A DNA stretch of 62,970 bases, the filler included, from Choristocarpus tenellus KU-1152 (Eukaryota > Protista > Phaeophyceae): assembly GCA_964200185.2 (NCBI GenBank). It is 13 parts of 13 records of this genome, joined end to end, with 100 filler letters (N's around TTAATTAATTAA, not from the genome) between each part and the next. Parts side by side here need not be neighbours in the genome. Positions count along the whole stretch, not along the records: positions 1 to 10,433 come from CAXNAD020002934.1; positions 10,534 to 13,145 come from CAXNAD020026276.1; 11 more parts are not named here. One strand, 5' to 3'. Every line of letters begins with the position of its first letter. Positions within the stretch are counted from its first letter, which is position 1. The translations under genes were made by a program, and so were the position numbers. The notes beneath the pieces are model-generated. The model worked only from the letters and a program-made list of their open reading frames with translations. It did no database searches and was not told the origin of the DNA. This document shows positions 1 through 13,245 of this stretch, one piece after another.

Positions 1-10
1 TGAATCCGGT

Positions 11-3000
11 TCATCCTTGGCCATCAACGTCCCCTCCCCCCCCCTCGACTGCCTCCCCTCCTGCCCCCACCTCCCCTCGTCCTTCGGTTTGCATCCCCAC
101 TACGCTGCCGTTTTGTGCCCCCCTTGATCTTTGCTGAGGCCTCCACTTTCCTCCTTTTTCGAACCTAAACAGACACATATGTGAGGAAGGGCAGAACATC
201 ATCATTGTGAGAGAAAATAGAAAATAAGCAATTGGAAAAATAACAGTACCTGCATTAGGTTTCTAATTATGTCCAATTTTTTGTTCCATATGCTTTCAAG
301 ACCACTTTGCATCTCCTGCCCAAACCATGTCATGCAACCACAACCCACAAACAACAAGCAGGGAAATCCATTAGGAATGTAACATACTCCTGAATATGAT
401 TGGAATGGTAGTATCGTGTTACATTTTTGTTTGATTCAAATTTCGAATCCAAGATTTCGAACAGCTGCTTTAGGTACCTGTGCTCAGCTTATTCAACAAT
501 GTAAAATGAGTGCTGATGAGTTTTTAGATAATAAAAATAACCTTCTTGGTGGAAGGTGATCGTGCACATACACAGTGAAAGATGTAACGGATTGCTCTGA
601 TTCAAGGCATGAATCAGAGGATCAGCTTTCAGCCCAAACATGCCAATTTTTAATAAATTCCCTCATGATGGGTTGGCGAAAGTGGGGACAAATGGAGGAG
701 GGATTTATCCTGTTTATGGTCTATTCACCTTGCTGGCCTCAGTGCGGGCTTGCCTCCGCTTGGCAGCAGCAGCAGGATCTGTTGCCTTCTCCATAGCTCT
801 CTGCCGCTTGCGTTCAACACGTTTCTGAGAAATCTCCATGTTAACTTGGGTCATCACCTCTAGGAAGGTTGCACTACCAACCTTCTCTTCCAGGAGTTCC
901 AATACCTGAAATGAAGGAGTGATAATACCATACAAAACCAAATCAAGTGTTTCCATGCAATGTCAAGTGAGAAGAGGAAGGAAGGGAGGGAGGGAGGGAG
1001 GGAGGGAACCACGCATATCACTTTGAGGAATACTTTTTTGAGGCTCCAAGTGGGACAAAGGTGCACGAACACCATGTGTCAATGGTAACATTAGAACGAA
1101 TAAACTTACTGATTGTTTTGAGGACATAACAACCACAACAGACAAAAGCTAGCAGCAATTCAGCCAACTAGCGCCACATAACAACTAGCGACATAACCAA
1201 CCACTACAAAAAGACAAACAGAAAAGGACCTGGACACGCACTGAAAGTCATCAAATCCTCACCTCACTGGCCAACTCTGCAGATGTCTGCCCTTCCTCAA
1301 CAGTCTTCCCTGCAGAGGTTGTCCCTGCAGCACGGGCCTTGGGCTCCACCCCACCAGCCTCTGCATCCAGGATTGCCCTTCTCAAAGGCAGTAGCATGAG
1401 TGGCAGGTAGGCCTTTGAGACCTCCGGTCCAAGAACAGAAGCCATAGCAAAGAACCAGCTGAAAATTGCACGACGTCTGGCCTCTCCTTTGTGTATAACC
1501 ATGTGGGACACGCGATTGTACACCCACTTCAATGGATCGGCACTTGCCTTAGAAGGCAGTACAACACTGTTGTCGTCCCCCTCTTCCTCTTTATCACTCC
1601 CGTCGCCTTCAGCGGAAGTTTCACTCAGGTTGTCCTCTTCGAATTGGCCCCCTTCCCCCTCTTTATCACCTCCCTTGTTGCTGTCAGTGAAGCAGAGGTC
1701 AGGGTTGAGATGCATGGCCTGCCCTATCCACACGAGGTTTTTCACTGATTGTTCCATCAGGGCTGCATCCACCTGCTCAGTGTATTCAGGGGTTGTTGGG
1801 GGGGGGGGGGAAACATGGAATGGCCACAGTCCTGTTATGTGGGGAAATATGATTTTTCCATACCTTCAAATATAAGGTCTCTGCACCACAGCTCCATACA
1901 ATCAGATAGAAAGCTTACAATTTTACTTTATGGAATTACGCACTTTGGGGTACTTCAAACTCCAAACTTGAACTTAAAAAGTGGTTCAATTTTGATGTGG
2001 AGACGAGGCAGAAGTAGTTACTATGATATAGCATTGCTCCTGGAAAACCTATGTTTGAAGCGCTATTGTCACTACCCTGGCAAACAAACACAAGGATACT
2101 TGTAGGCATGTGGACTTCTGAGACCTTGCCGAACTCCTCTCCCAGTCGTCTTCATGTCACCCTGAAACAGAAGAGCCAAAGTATCTTAGAGGGTAGAGCG
2201 GTGTCCATTTGGGGTTCAAAATCCAATGTTGCAATTTTGATGTAATTTTGGCCATCATGTTTGTTTGGAAGTGTCAATATCCTTGTTCCGGACACAAGTT
2301 TTTTGATCAGGTATACATTTTACCTACTCCAAAATGTTTTGGAGTAGGTAAAATGTCATAAAAAAAATCGTGGGAAGGCAAGCCCCAAATGGATAAACAG
2401 GGCAAAACTCATACCCTCTAAGATACTTTCACTCAGAAGCCTTCCCTTTGAACAATAAAATGTGATACTACTCGCCACACGCATGCTGCCTGATCAAACA
2501 CACCTGAGACCGGTTGAGCTGGGCACAAGTGTTTTGGCAAAGGTGAAATAGCACACGCTGTTGACCTAGGAAACCAACTATCCTAGACCTCTGCTTTTCC
2601 TGCTGCCTGCTCTGTTCCTGGTCCTGCCTCTTCCCTCGGTTCTTGCCCCCACCAACCTCTCCCATAGAAGTGGAGTCAGTGTTACTTCTTGCTCCTCCTC
2701 CACCAGGAGCCAGCGTGCTCGGACTTCTCCTTGAAAAGTAGCCCCCCCACACCCGTGCCGTAGCAAGCCTCACCCAAGCATGTGGGTAGAGTAACCCCTC
2801 AAGTAGTCGGTTCAGCAGTCCAGTCCCTGACAAATCTCTGCCCGGTCCACCTCCCGAGGTCAATCGAACCTGTGAAAGGCCCTCACCCCCCTCCAACTCT
2901 ACGTCCCCATGCTGCTCACCATCCACCACGGCATCACACGCCCCTGGAAGGACCGCGAATACCTTCTCAACAGAGACAATAGCATGGTACACACACTCCC

Positions 3001-6000
3001 ACTCAAACACGCTGGTACCTTCACTGTCCTCAGTCTCCAGGTCGCCTCTATTGCCAAGACCAACAGTGGTGGAAGTAATCACACCTGCAGCCTTTTCTGG
3101 TAGTAGCTTCGCAAGTGACCCCAGCAGATCCGCCAGCCGCTTGCCCCTCCTTATGAGGTCTGGACGAGCCTGGACAAAGATTCCAGTCGCCTGTGCTGCT
3201 GTACGCCGCAGGGCCTTGGCTTGCTCTTGCTCCCCGGTAAACAACGTGCCTGCCCCATACCAAGGACTTGCCCGATTCATTTCATCCCCGTGCATATCCC
3301 TCACCCCTGCCTCCTGCACCTCCCCAAACCACATGGTCGTGTACTCCAATAGCTGGTGGAATATCCCCCCTGATACCCTCGTAAGGAGGGTCTTTAATGC
3401 CACAGCTGTGGCTGCCCGGCACTCAGTCGCAGGGTCATTCACCAGGCGAACCACAAGGGCAAGGTAAAAGACACTTGAGAGCTGGTCCATGACTGGTTCT
3501 GGAAGGCGTTTGAACATCTGCTCACACAGGTTCAGGGCTGCTGAACGTCCCTCCGCATGCTCGTACGACACGCCTTCGAGTACCTTTCACCCCCCCCCCC
3601 CCCCCCACCCCCCCCACACCCAAAAAAAAAACTTGGCAGATAGAATCCACAAAAAANNNNNNNNNNCCCCCCCAAACACATGTTAGCAGAAAAAGGCATT
3701 TGGACAGATGATGTCACAAAAAGAGAGGTGTACGGATACAGGATGTGCACTTAGCACTTCTTTGGATGCATCCAGTACTACGTTAGAGCTCCATAGTATT
3801 TGCCAAGGATAACATGAAAATGGAGAGGGGGTACTTGTCAAACGACATGCCTAGATTACATTAGGGCAGGTGAGGCGAATATTTTATGAGGTTGTACAAG
3901 ATGGTACTCGGGAGGGAAAAGAAGAAGAGTTGTCATTTACAAAGGATAACCGGCCCCTGCACACGTTCTTGTGTTCTGAATAGTATCTGATTGCTCACAA
4001 CAACAAACAATAAAATTGTTCTGAGAAGAAGAAAACTTCCCAGTTGCACCATTTGCCCCGAACCCGCTGCAATAGAAACATAACACTACACTACTGCCAA
4101 TGGCATAGAAAATCAACCCTCAGGGCCCACTTCTGGAAAACGATCTTGTGCATACCTTTCCAGATATATACTCCAGAGTACATTTTTCACCAAGCAATAA
4201 GTCAAAACTGAACGGAAACAACACATCCATGTATACCTGATTCAAGTGCTGCTGAAACCTCTTTTGACCCAGCGGGTACTGTACAAGGAATGTTAAGAAG
4301 GTCTGACCCGCTATGGTACGGAGTGTTGGGCGATGGCTTGTAACTGCCAGTTCTGCTAGCTTGGTCATTAGATCGTACACCTTTGGAGGCAAGGGGTTAT
4401 CAACCACATGCAGCCAAGGACACATGCAACCACGGCGGAATAGGGGATAGGAGGATTAAAGACATGTTACGCTGGCGAATGGATGCGAACCTCAGGTGAG
4501 ATTGTTTGAAATGCTGGCACTGAAAGAGGTACATAATATGGTGCCAAGTTTGCACAGGTAGGGAGAGTGCACAGAGTGAGAGTACCTAGAAGGAGGAAAC
4601 TCGTGAAGTATTTCTAACTAGGGGGAGGAAAGTACTCCTTCAACAGAACATACAGAAATACACCACCAGAAATATTTTCATTTTCCCACGTTACAATAAA
4701 CCCTTCCTTTGATCAAAAAAACAATAAGCTGTACTTTCACACCTTCACCATCCCTGCAACAAACCACAGAGATGTGTCAAGGAATAAGCCGTTAAGATAG
4801 CCGGAACTCTTCGATGGCTCTGAGGTTCAAAACAAGGCCAACAATCCTGCCACAGAGCTTCTTACCTCCGGCAGCATTACACGCTTTGCAACGATGGCCT
4901 TAATGAGAGCAAAGGTCGCATTCTGGTGCTCGCTCTCTGCCACTGCCACCTGGAGGAGCACCAGCAGTGCCCGCAGCTGCTGAGTATCCAAGCCAAACAT
5001 TCCCTCGCCCACCCCTACCCCATTCTTTCGCTTCTTCTTACCCTCGCCCGCCTGAATAAGACTGCCTTTCTCACCCCCTTTCCCTTCCATCTCCATTTCT
5101 CGTTCAAATATATTGACGTGCCTATGGAAAAGCAGTGAGAGCGTCTTGAAGCAGCACTGCCCCATCTCCCCCTTCATGCCATTTGCTCCACCCTGCACCA
5201 GTCGAGCAAGAACTGACCGACCCACCAGGGGCGCTGCCTTTTCCATGGAGGGTAGGTCCCAACGGAGGAGCAACCCAAGGCTCTTGAGCGCCAAGAGAAC
5301 GATAGAGGTGTGGGGGTTGTCATCTAGGCAACTGTCAGATCAGAAAGGGGAAGGTGAGAGTGGGGAGGAGGTCAGACGAATCAATTAAAATGGGAGCAAA
5401 TACATCCATGGAATGAGGGAAGGAGAGAGTAGTGGAGGGCGGGGAGAAGGTCAAGTGGAAGGTAGAAGACTCTGGACTATATTTTGGAGGGGAAAGGGGG
5501 AGCAAATCGATCCTCACTTGGGTTGAAAGGGGGGTTAGGGGAGAATTAGATGTGGGGCGTCTCAGGGTCGGCAAAGAAAGGTCAATGGCATTCCACAAAC
5601 AAGCTGCACAAAAGTGAAGACAGCAAAGAACTAAACACGGACTTTAATGGACCAGCAACAGAGCGGGGATGGAGAGGTGGGACCAGTGGCATGGACATGA
5701 CAGAGTGACGAGGACAACGTTCCTGTCAAGGTAGGGTTGATTGTGCTCACCTTGCCAAGAGGTGAACAAAGGGGTCCGCCATGGAACGTACAACATCATC
5801 GTATCTGTCCATCGTCCCACCAGCCCTCTTCCCACTCCGGGAAGCTGACAATTCCGCCCTCAGTCGGGCATGCAACAGCCCCAGAGCTAACTTCACAGCT
5901 CCGAGGGCAGCAGGATCTGCCAGGGAGGCAACACCAGCCGATATTCCCTTTGCTTTCCCAAATCCCCCACCATGACCACGGAGCGCCCTGCGTCGACTAT

Positions 6001-9000
6001 CATGACGATTCTTCCCAGTGAGCTTGGGAGCACTAGCACCATCCAACACTCTAATTGATTCCCATTCCCGCCTTCTTTTCTCACCAAGTGCTGCACCTCG
6101 AGTGCAACCCTTGGAACCAGCCTCTGATGCCAGCCACTATGGAATAGGAGGGGGGATTGAGATTGGGGTCAGTTTCAAGAGTGCAGGGGGAAGGGGAAGC
6201 TGGGAGGGGGCAATGAGGAATAGGGAGGGGCTTCTCAATATTGGGATATTGTGAAGGAGGCCTCGAGGTTTTGGTGCATACAATTTGGATTAATGTCTTG
6301 CAAGGTCACCTAGAGTTGGATCATCTTCCTTTCACAAACAGTTGCAGGGGAGACCAGTCACATTACCACACTGCAAGTATCTTTTGAGAAATTTCCTGCA
6401 TCTTGTAACATCTTTCGTTGCATGCTTTACGTCAAACACTTCCAGAATAAGACTACCACAACACACTCAGAGCACCAATCAAAACACATCCAAATGAAGC
6501 AAACAGTGACTGAAAAATAAGCCCCATGGGAAGCCCCACAAAGTGACACAGGCAAGAGCAGGCATGAAAAAACCTCTGCGTACAATACCAAACCCCATGG
6601 GATTCTACGTCCACTGCACTACTGTTGATAGTGAACAGCAGCTCGCTTCTCAAAAACAAGTGTCCCGCCCCCTACATCCATCCCTAATACCTGTCACCAA
6701 CATGCTCCTATTTTTACCTTGACTGCCTGCTCCTGTCCACCGCCAGCAGCCTTGCTCTCATCATCGCTCTCGCTGTCACTTTCATCGGTGCCCCTCTTGC
6801 CATCCTCCGACTCACCCTGAAAACAAAACAAAAAAACATCCCCAGAAGAGACACATCACAAGCATCTTACCATCAATTTCTATCACAATACGTTGTTACT
6901 GATTATACCCCACAGAAGGACCATCAATGCGTGGATCATTCCCTGAAATGGATACCCTCGTGCACCCCCATTATTCCCTTCACCCCCTCCCAACCACCCT
7001 TACCTCCCCTCCCTAAACCCCTACTCTCTAAGAGATAGAGAGCTTCATGAAGTGAGATACCCACATTTTGGTTCAGGAGGAACGGTGCCACTGTAGCATG
7101 CACATAAAGAAGCATCTCCACCTCAGTCACACTAGGGTTAGCCGCCAGACCCATCCCCAGTCTCACCAAGGCCTCGTGAGCCTTTCCCACGTCCCTAATT
7201 GGAATGAAAGAGTTTGTTGAAGGGATTGTTTGCCTACTCTTTACTTATTGCAAGAAACAGTCGTGCGTGACCTGTGCCCAAAATGAATGACACTGCTGTC
7301 CTATATCAAGACTCAACGTTAGCACCGCAATATTCAGAAGTTTGTTCTAGATCATAAATATGCTAAGAAAACCAAAAAATAATCATAGAAGCAATAATAA
7401 CAAAAAGCAACCAACTTTGTGTCGCAGTAGACCAAGTCTAGAAGACCCAGTGGAACAGGTCTCCTTCTGGTAAGACTCTCGCCTTCCACACCCTACAACT
7501 CCCTACATTCCAGTTTAAAAAAAGAGAAAACACTTTTTTACCTCTCAACTGCCTTACTTTCCGTTGAGGATCAAGATGGCAAACGCAGCCAAGGAGCCAA
7601 CATTCTATGCTGCTGCTGTAAATACTCCAATCATTACAATTAAACACTCTCAATGTCTTACGTCAAATTACTTCACTTCGATAAAATAACAGACAAAACA
7701 TCCACACAAAATCAACCAAAAGAACCAATAGCCCCAACAACCATTAGAAAACGTTGAAGCCAGCCAACCTCCAGCCAATATACTGACACTGACACGTACC
7801 TCAGTTACTAGAGCACCACCCTCAAACCGCCCCAAGGACTCTTCCATCTCTTGAAGAAACACAAATCAAACTCTTTACCATCATCCCCCGAAGCTCTCCT
7901 AGATACTACATACTACATACTACATACTACACACACCTAGGCCTCTCGCAGCCGTCGAGAAGAGACAGCAATGGTCCGACAAGAGCATGCACAGACGAAA
8001 CAGAACCTGGGTCCTCAGGGGCCAGGACAGTGAAAGTAGGGCGGAAGAGGAGGCAACGCGCAATGACCTCAAAGCAGTCCAGCCCTTTCTGTCCCTTGGC
8101 CTCCTTGAGCTTAGCCTGGGCCACATTGTGCCCATCCGCCTGAGAAAAAAAAGAAAAAGAAAAATGAACCAAATTTTGGGCACAAAACGCTTGCGTATCT
8201 AGAGGAACGGCCATACTAAATTCAAGTTTCAATGACACAGAGAGGTGTTGGCTGTAACTGCCACACAGTCAATTTTTGTTATGCATTCAGAGCCCATGCA
8301 GCACTCAATACCCCTGCCTGCCCCCACACTGAACCTCACCACAAGCCTACGCCAAGTGTGGGTCCTTACAAAACCTATTTTGGAGAGCTTGAAGCGGAGG
8401 GTTCGGGTGATCAAGGATGAGCTATGGCAGAGGGGCACAAGGCCAAATACCTTTTAGTAGTTGAGGACAAGCAATGCAACGCTAAAATTAAAATATACAC
8501 ATACACGTTTATCGAATGTCGATAATCTTGAAGACATTTTATTTCTCCACTCAAAATGGCGCCAGCAATGAATGCACTACTGCACCCTTTGCTGTTCACA
8601 GCATTTGTCCAGTGCAAGGCACACCCTTAAAATGGTTGAATTTGTTAATACGCCCGCAATAGCACTTCCACAAGTAGTTACCACACTCAGACACGTTGCT
8701 CTGGAGCACTACCCCTTGCAGTGTAGACAAACCTAAGAGTGGGCGCAAGGGCAAAAAATAGAAAGAACAAAACACGAGCACACTTACCATGCACTCAAAA
8801 TATCAGAACGAAACCTGAACCATAATCCTCTGTCACAAATCATAGGCAACACCTCCAACCACGTTCCTACCTCCTTTGCAGAAGCAGTCTCTCCAAACAA
8901 GTCCTCCATCAGAAGCTCTGCAATCTCCCCCACACAGGTATCGAAGGGTGGTCGTACGAGTGACGATACCTCCGCTGGGGCCATGTCACTGCCTCTCCCC

Positions 9001-10433
9001 TCCCCTGCCCCCTCTCCACCCCCTTCCAATTCCTCCCTCCTTGCAGCCCTTGCTGCCCTTGCGGCCGTGGCAGCACGAGCGTCAATGGAAGGCGGGTTCG
9101 GCGGTTTGTACGAGTCCGACAACGCCTCCAGGACCACATGCAAAGTGAAGGTGCGTACATGGAGCTGGTATCCTGTGACCAGGCATGTCTTCAGCTCAGT
9201 AACAATCTGGAAACAAATCGTTTTTCATTTTGGATAAATCAAGACGTGCAAGGTGGGTGTAGGTAGGTAGGTGGGCTGAGTTATGGTCATTGGGGAGACA
9301 TGTAGGTGGGTGTTACTTATTGAGGGAGAAGAAGAAGGTTAAGGGTGGAGTGACCTGAATGTGTTATGTTGTCGGGTGAGGGGGGAGGGGTTCCTGCAAC
9401 ATAGGTTTCTGACTCTCCAAACATGAACATAGGGTAGCTACCAACAATAACACCTTCTGGCAATGTGTTTCTCACTCTCCCTCAGATAAAATGTGCCGCC
9501 TATGATACTCACTACACATTCAGGCCACCCACAAAAAAAAGAGGGCATTCATAACGGCACCTCTCAAGTACTGAAAACCTTTTGCTTTTAGATTGAAAAA
9601 AAACAGAAAAAACGTAGTGGTGTACACACAACTCAACCCAAAACAAGTACAGTACACAGTCTCAGCAGTACAAAATCCAGGAAACCACAAACCACAAACC
9701 ACAACGTCACATCACGCACGAGAATTCTCAAAAGCTCACCATCAAATCACCACACACAACACAACACTACAATGCAACCGTCAAAACCCACACCAAAAGC
9801 TCTATCTATCCCTCCCCGTCGCCAAAATCAACCAACGATGTCCCTGCCAACAGGCCTCTCTCTAACGAGCAACGACAAACCTCCACTCCCCTCCGTTCCA
9901 ACCCCTAACCCTAATCCCCTCCCCCACCTGCTTGAGGTAAGCCGGACCCAGGTCACGGGCTATCTTGCACAATGTGTCCCTTGCAGTATCCCTGACGCTA
10001 GAGTCCCTGGATCGCAATGTGCTGCATACTGCAAGCAGCAACGGCTGCAAGTGCAACTTGAACACGGTCTCTGGTAGACGCCGCGCCAGCTTCAGCAGGG
10101 CCAACGCCACTGGGGCTCGCAAAACCTTCCCAAACCCACCAGCCTTGATCTTCTCTTCAGAAGTGAGTAATCCTCGCAAGGAACCCATGAGTCGTCCCGT
10201 GACAGCCCGCCACACGGCATCCCCTGCTGCACTTTGATCCCCAGACGGTAGGGAGGGCCCTGGAGCGGCAGCTTCCATCGATCCGGAGCGTCCCTCTGGT
10301 CCTGCATCAACTCTTCCATCGACCATACCATCCTCAACCTCACCAGCACCACCTTCCGCATCTCCCCCCCCCTCCCCCCTCCCTCACCTCTGCGCCCATC
10401 CCTTCCGCCCCGACCTCCCTCCACAGCCCTCTC
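11..10433 (-). CDS. UTP20: U3 snoRNP / SSU processome component UTP20 (HEAT-repeat protein), 3' part of a multi-exon gene, 5'-truncated at the contig end
   Basis: GT-AG exons join in frame: ~10433-9928, 9206-8871, 8139-7937, 7194-7065, 6816-6717, 6137-5751, ~5334-4866, ~4380-4237, ~3584-2503, ~1792-1262, ~906-728, and possibly a last exon ~133-11. UTP20-like motifs: LRSRDSSVRDTARDTL, GYQLHVRTFTLH, LMEDLFGETA, FLVQYPLGQKRF, SYEHAEGR, LLYPHAWVR, KRVERKRQRA..DP. Confidence 0.88.
2173..2434 (+). mobile_element. MITE family A copy (intronic in UTP20)
   Basis: 23-bp TIR GAGCCAAAGTATCTTAGAGGGTA / TACCCTCTAAGATACTTTCACTC; AGAA duplicated on both flanks; central palindrome TTTTACCTACTCCAAAA-TG-TTTTGGAGTAGGTAAAA. 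Confidence 0.9.
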
Positions 10434-10533
10434 NNNNNNNNNNNNNNNNNNNNNNNNNNNNNNNNNNNNNNNNNNNNTTAATTAATTAANNNNNNNNNNN
10501 NNNNNNNNNNNNNNNNNNNNNNNNNNNNNNNNN
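10434..10533. other. Artificial contig linker N44-TTAATTAATTAA-N44. Also at 13146, 16185, 21190, 24723, 27872, 34584, 38042, 41811, 47759, 52070 and 58213
   Basis: Identical 100-nt block with a six-frame stop oligo, repeated 12 times. Confidence 0.97.
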
Positions 10534-12699
10534 AAGAGAGCCCTTCAATCCAGATGGCCAATCATCGTTGTCTGTCCTCGATGTGTTGCATAATCACAGG
10601 TATAGATGGAAGGTGGAAGTGATTCCTTCTGGGCACCATGCATAGCACTCTACCACTGTACGCTGCACATAGTTGAGTGCATGCATTACCCAGCTATTCA
10701 TAGCTATTTGGCCAACAAAATATCAGCTCCTGTTGGACTTGAGAATCACTGATTTCATTAGAATGAGTCCCCACAGTTTCGACTGGAAAATGTGCTCTTA
10801 CAGTTCCAACCTGTAAATCAATGAGGGCACTCCTTGGTGCAAGTAGTTCTGAATTGCAACGTCGCAAGCAGGAGCCACCTCAATTAATCTTTTTTGCGTG
10901 AAAGAGCAGCGCAAAAGAAATGTAAACGACTACAACAGACCGTGATACTAAAGAAGTTGAATTGGGCAGTGTCCTGGCCCATTGCTTCTCGTTCTGTTTG
11001 TTGAGAGGCATGGATGCTGGCACTATACTCTCTTACTTGGGTGTGAACCTACAAGCAAATTTATAGTATGCCCAATACTGAGTCAAACCAACTGAGAGGT
11101 AGGCGGGGTTGCATTTTAAGGATCCCGAGAAATGAAAAAAATGTGCAATTTTGTACAAGTACTAAATAAAGAGCTTTCGCTGAAATTTGGTGTCGCTTTG
11201 TGTGTGGAAAGGGGGAAATGTCAATTTTACGACTACCTCTCAATTGGTTTGACTCGTTTTTTTGAGTGGGTTGATTAATGTTATGGTTAGGTTTGTGGAT
11301 TCTGTCCACTCCCCACTACCACTATCACCAGTCATTATTTCATCACCTCATTCGTGGTCATCATCGTGATTACCCTCTCTCTAAAAATATGATAATATAT
11401 TCTTTGTTGGTGGTATGTTGTTGTTGCAATACATCATTCTCGTCAGTCACCTTCCCACAAACTACTACTATTATAGTAGTAAAAGAAATATCAAATGTAA
11501 CAACAAGAACAAAATATATAGTATTTTTGGAAACATGACCTATTATTGTTACTGGCGAAATTCAACCTGGTGTAATATTTCATTTGGAATTTCCCTGGTG
11601 TCGTCATAGTAATATTTATGGCAGTACGTGTGAATATTATACATTTTTATGCCCTCTGGCATCTTGCAGATGTGTCAGGGAAAAATAGCTCTTTCACCGC
11701 CTCTGCGTCCACTGGCTGCATACCACGAAAAAAAAACTCCACCTGGAGGGAGTTTATCCTGACAATAGGCGCTCTCCAACTGTGCCTCTTTCGGACCCTC
11801 CCCACCTCCAATCTCTAAAGGAGGGCACCCCATTACCTTGCTGCTGCAACATATTGAATCACCTTTGTGAAGAGGTTTGTGTACTAAACTGACGGTTGCT
11901 CTCAACATCAGATATCCTTCCCACCTCACCCACATTCCTTAGCTCGAGGGCTTCCCTTCTCCTCAGTCAAATGGGTCCACAGGGTTGCAGAGGTTATCAT
12001 TTTCTTGTCAGAGGCCTCAGAGAGTTAGTTGGTAATGCTCAGTCATCATTTTCTTCACCTAAGTGTTGATGATGATGGCCCAGTACAAATACATTGAATG
12101 GAATTGATGAGGTCACATTTCTAGCGAATGAAGAAACTAGTAGAGGGCTCCATGACAGAAATATCATCAAATATGCTGGATCTCTCACTTAGGTTATTCA
12201 CTTTGTTGGTCTGATTGGAGTGTATAAGAAGGACTGAACAAACATGTACTAGCTTTGTACGGCATCATAATGACTAAATACTAAATGAATGGCCAAGAAG
12301 TACAATATATACATACATAACCTAGGACTTTCAAAGTCACAAAGAGGTTTATGAAACCGCCACTAAGACACATCGCCTGTGACATGCTGCACCCCCAGCA
12401 TGAAGCATAACTGCTTCAATACGAAGAACAGGTGATTGGACAAGAATATAAAATGTAACTTCCTATCCTATCGTGAACCTAGCAGAAAATGAGTGAATGC
12501 CACTTCCAGGTTCTAACATATCAGTAGGCAGCATTGGGGATCCAGCGGAGGAGGAAACCTGAAGGAAAAACACCCTCCCAGCAACTGTCCTGACAACCGA
12601 TAAGCCAGCGTGACACACTTGCACCTCTCACGGCACTCACACTGAATTTGACTCAACGTTCAAAAGAAAACCTCCTACACAAGAGTCTCACACTCGTGT

Positions 12700-13145
12700 C
12701 AAAATAGGGTATTATCATAGAAGAACTCTCCCCCTTTCAAAACCATGAGAACAAACAAATACAGACACAAGATGACATGAAACAAAGAAATAGGGTATTG
12801 CCGCAGAAAGACTCTCCCTCCCTTAGAACAATGAAAGTAACCAAAATCCGACAAAAACGTCTCACAATAACACAGAAGTAGGACAATATCACAGAAAGAC
12901 TCTCCCCTTTCAAAAAAATAAACACGAATGAATAAAGATGCAAAGATCACAATATCATTGAAAAAGGGAACTGTCATATAAAGACTCTCCCCCTTCAGAA
13001 CTATAAACACAAATAAACACAAGAAAATAAAATAATATCTCATGGTCGCATAGATATTGGGTACTGTCAAAAAAAGACTCTCCCCCTTAGAACTATAAAC
13101 ACAAAGGAATACAGACGCCAAAGGTCACAATGACATTGAAATAGG
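12700..13145. repeat. Diverged tandem repeat, ~86-92-bp monomer (same family as 47902-48790)
   Basis: Recurring motif AAATAGGGTA..AGACTCTCCCCCTT..AACTATAAACACAAA at ~12724, 12809, 12897, 12983, 13075. Confidence 0.8.
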
Positions 13146-13245
13146 NNNNNNNNNNNNNNNNNNNNNNNNNNNNNNNNNNNNNNNNNNNNTTAATTAATTA
13201 ANNNNNNNNNNNNNNNNNNNNNNNNNNNNNNNNNNNNNNNNNNNN

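Noticed and set aside
575-10237. Numerous plus-strand ORFs in contig 1
   Set aside because: Antisense shadows of UTP20 exons or intronic chance ORFs.
11650-12100. VRWEGY chromodomain-like motif in ORF 11675-11935
   Set aside because: Only six residues match and the flanking frames are broken; cannot support a call.
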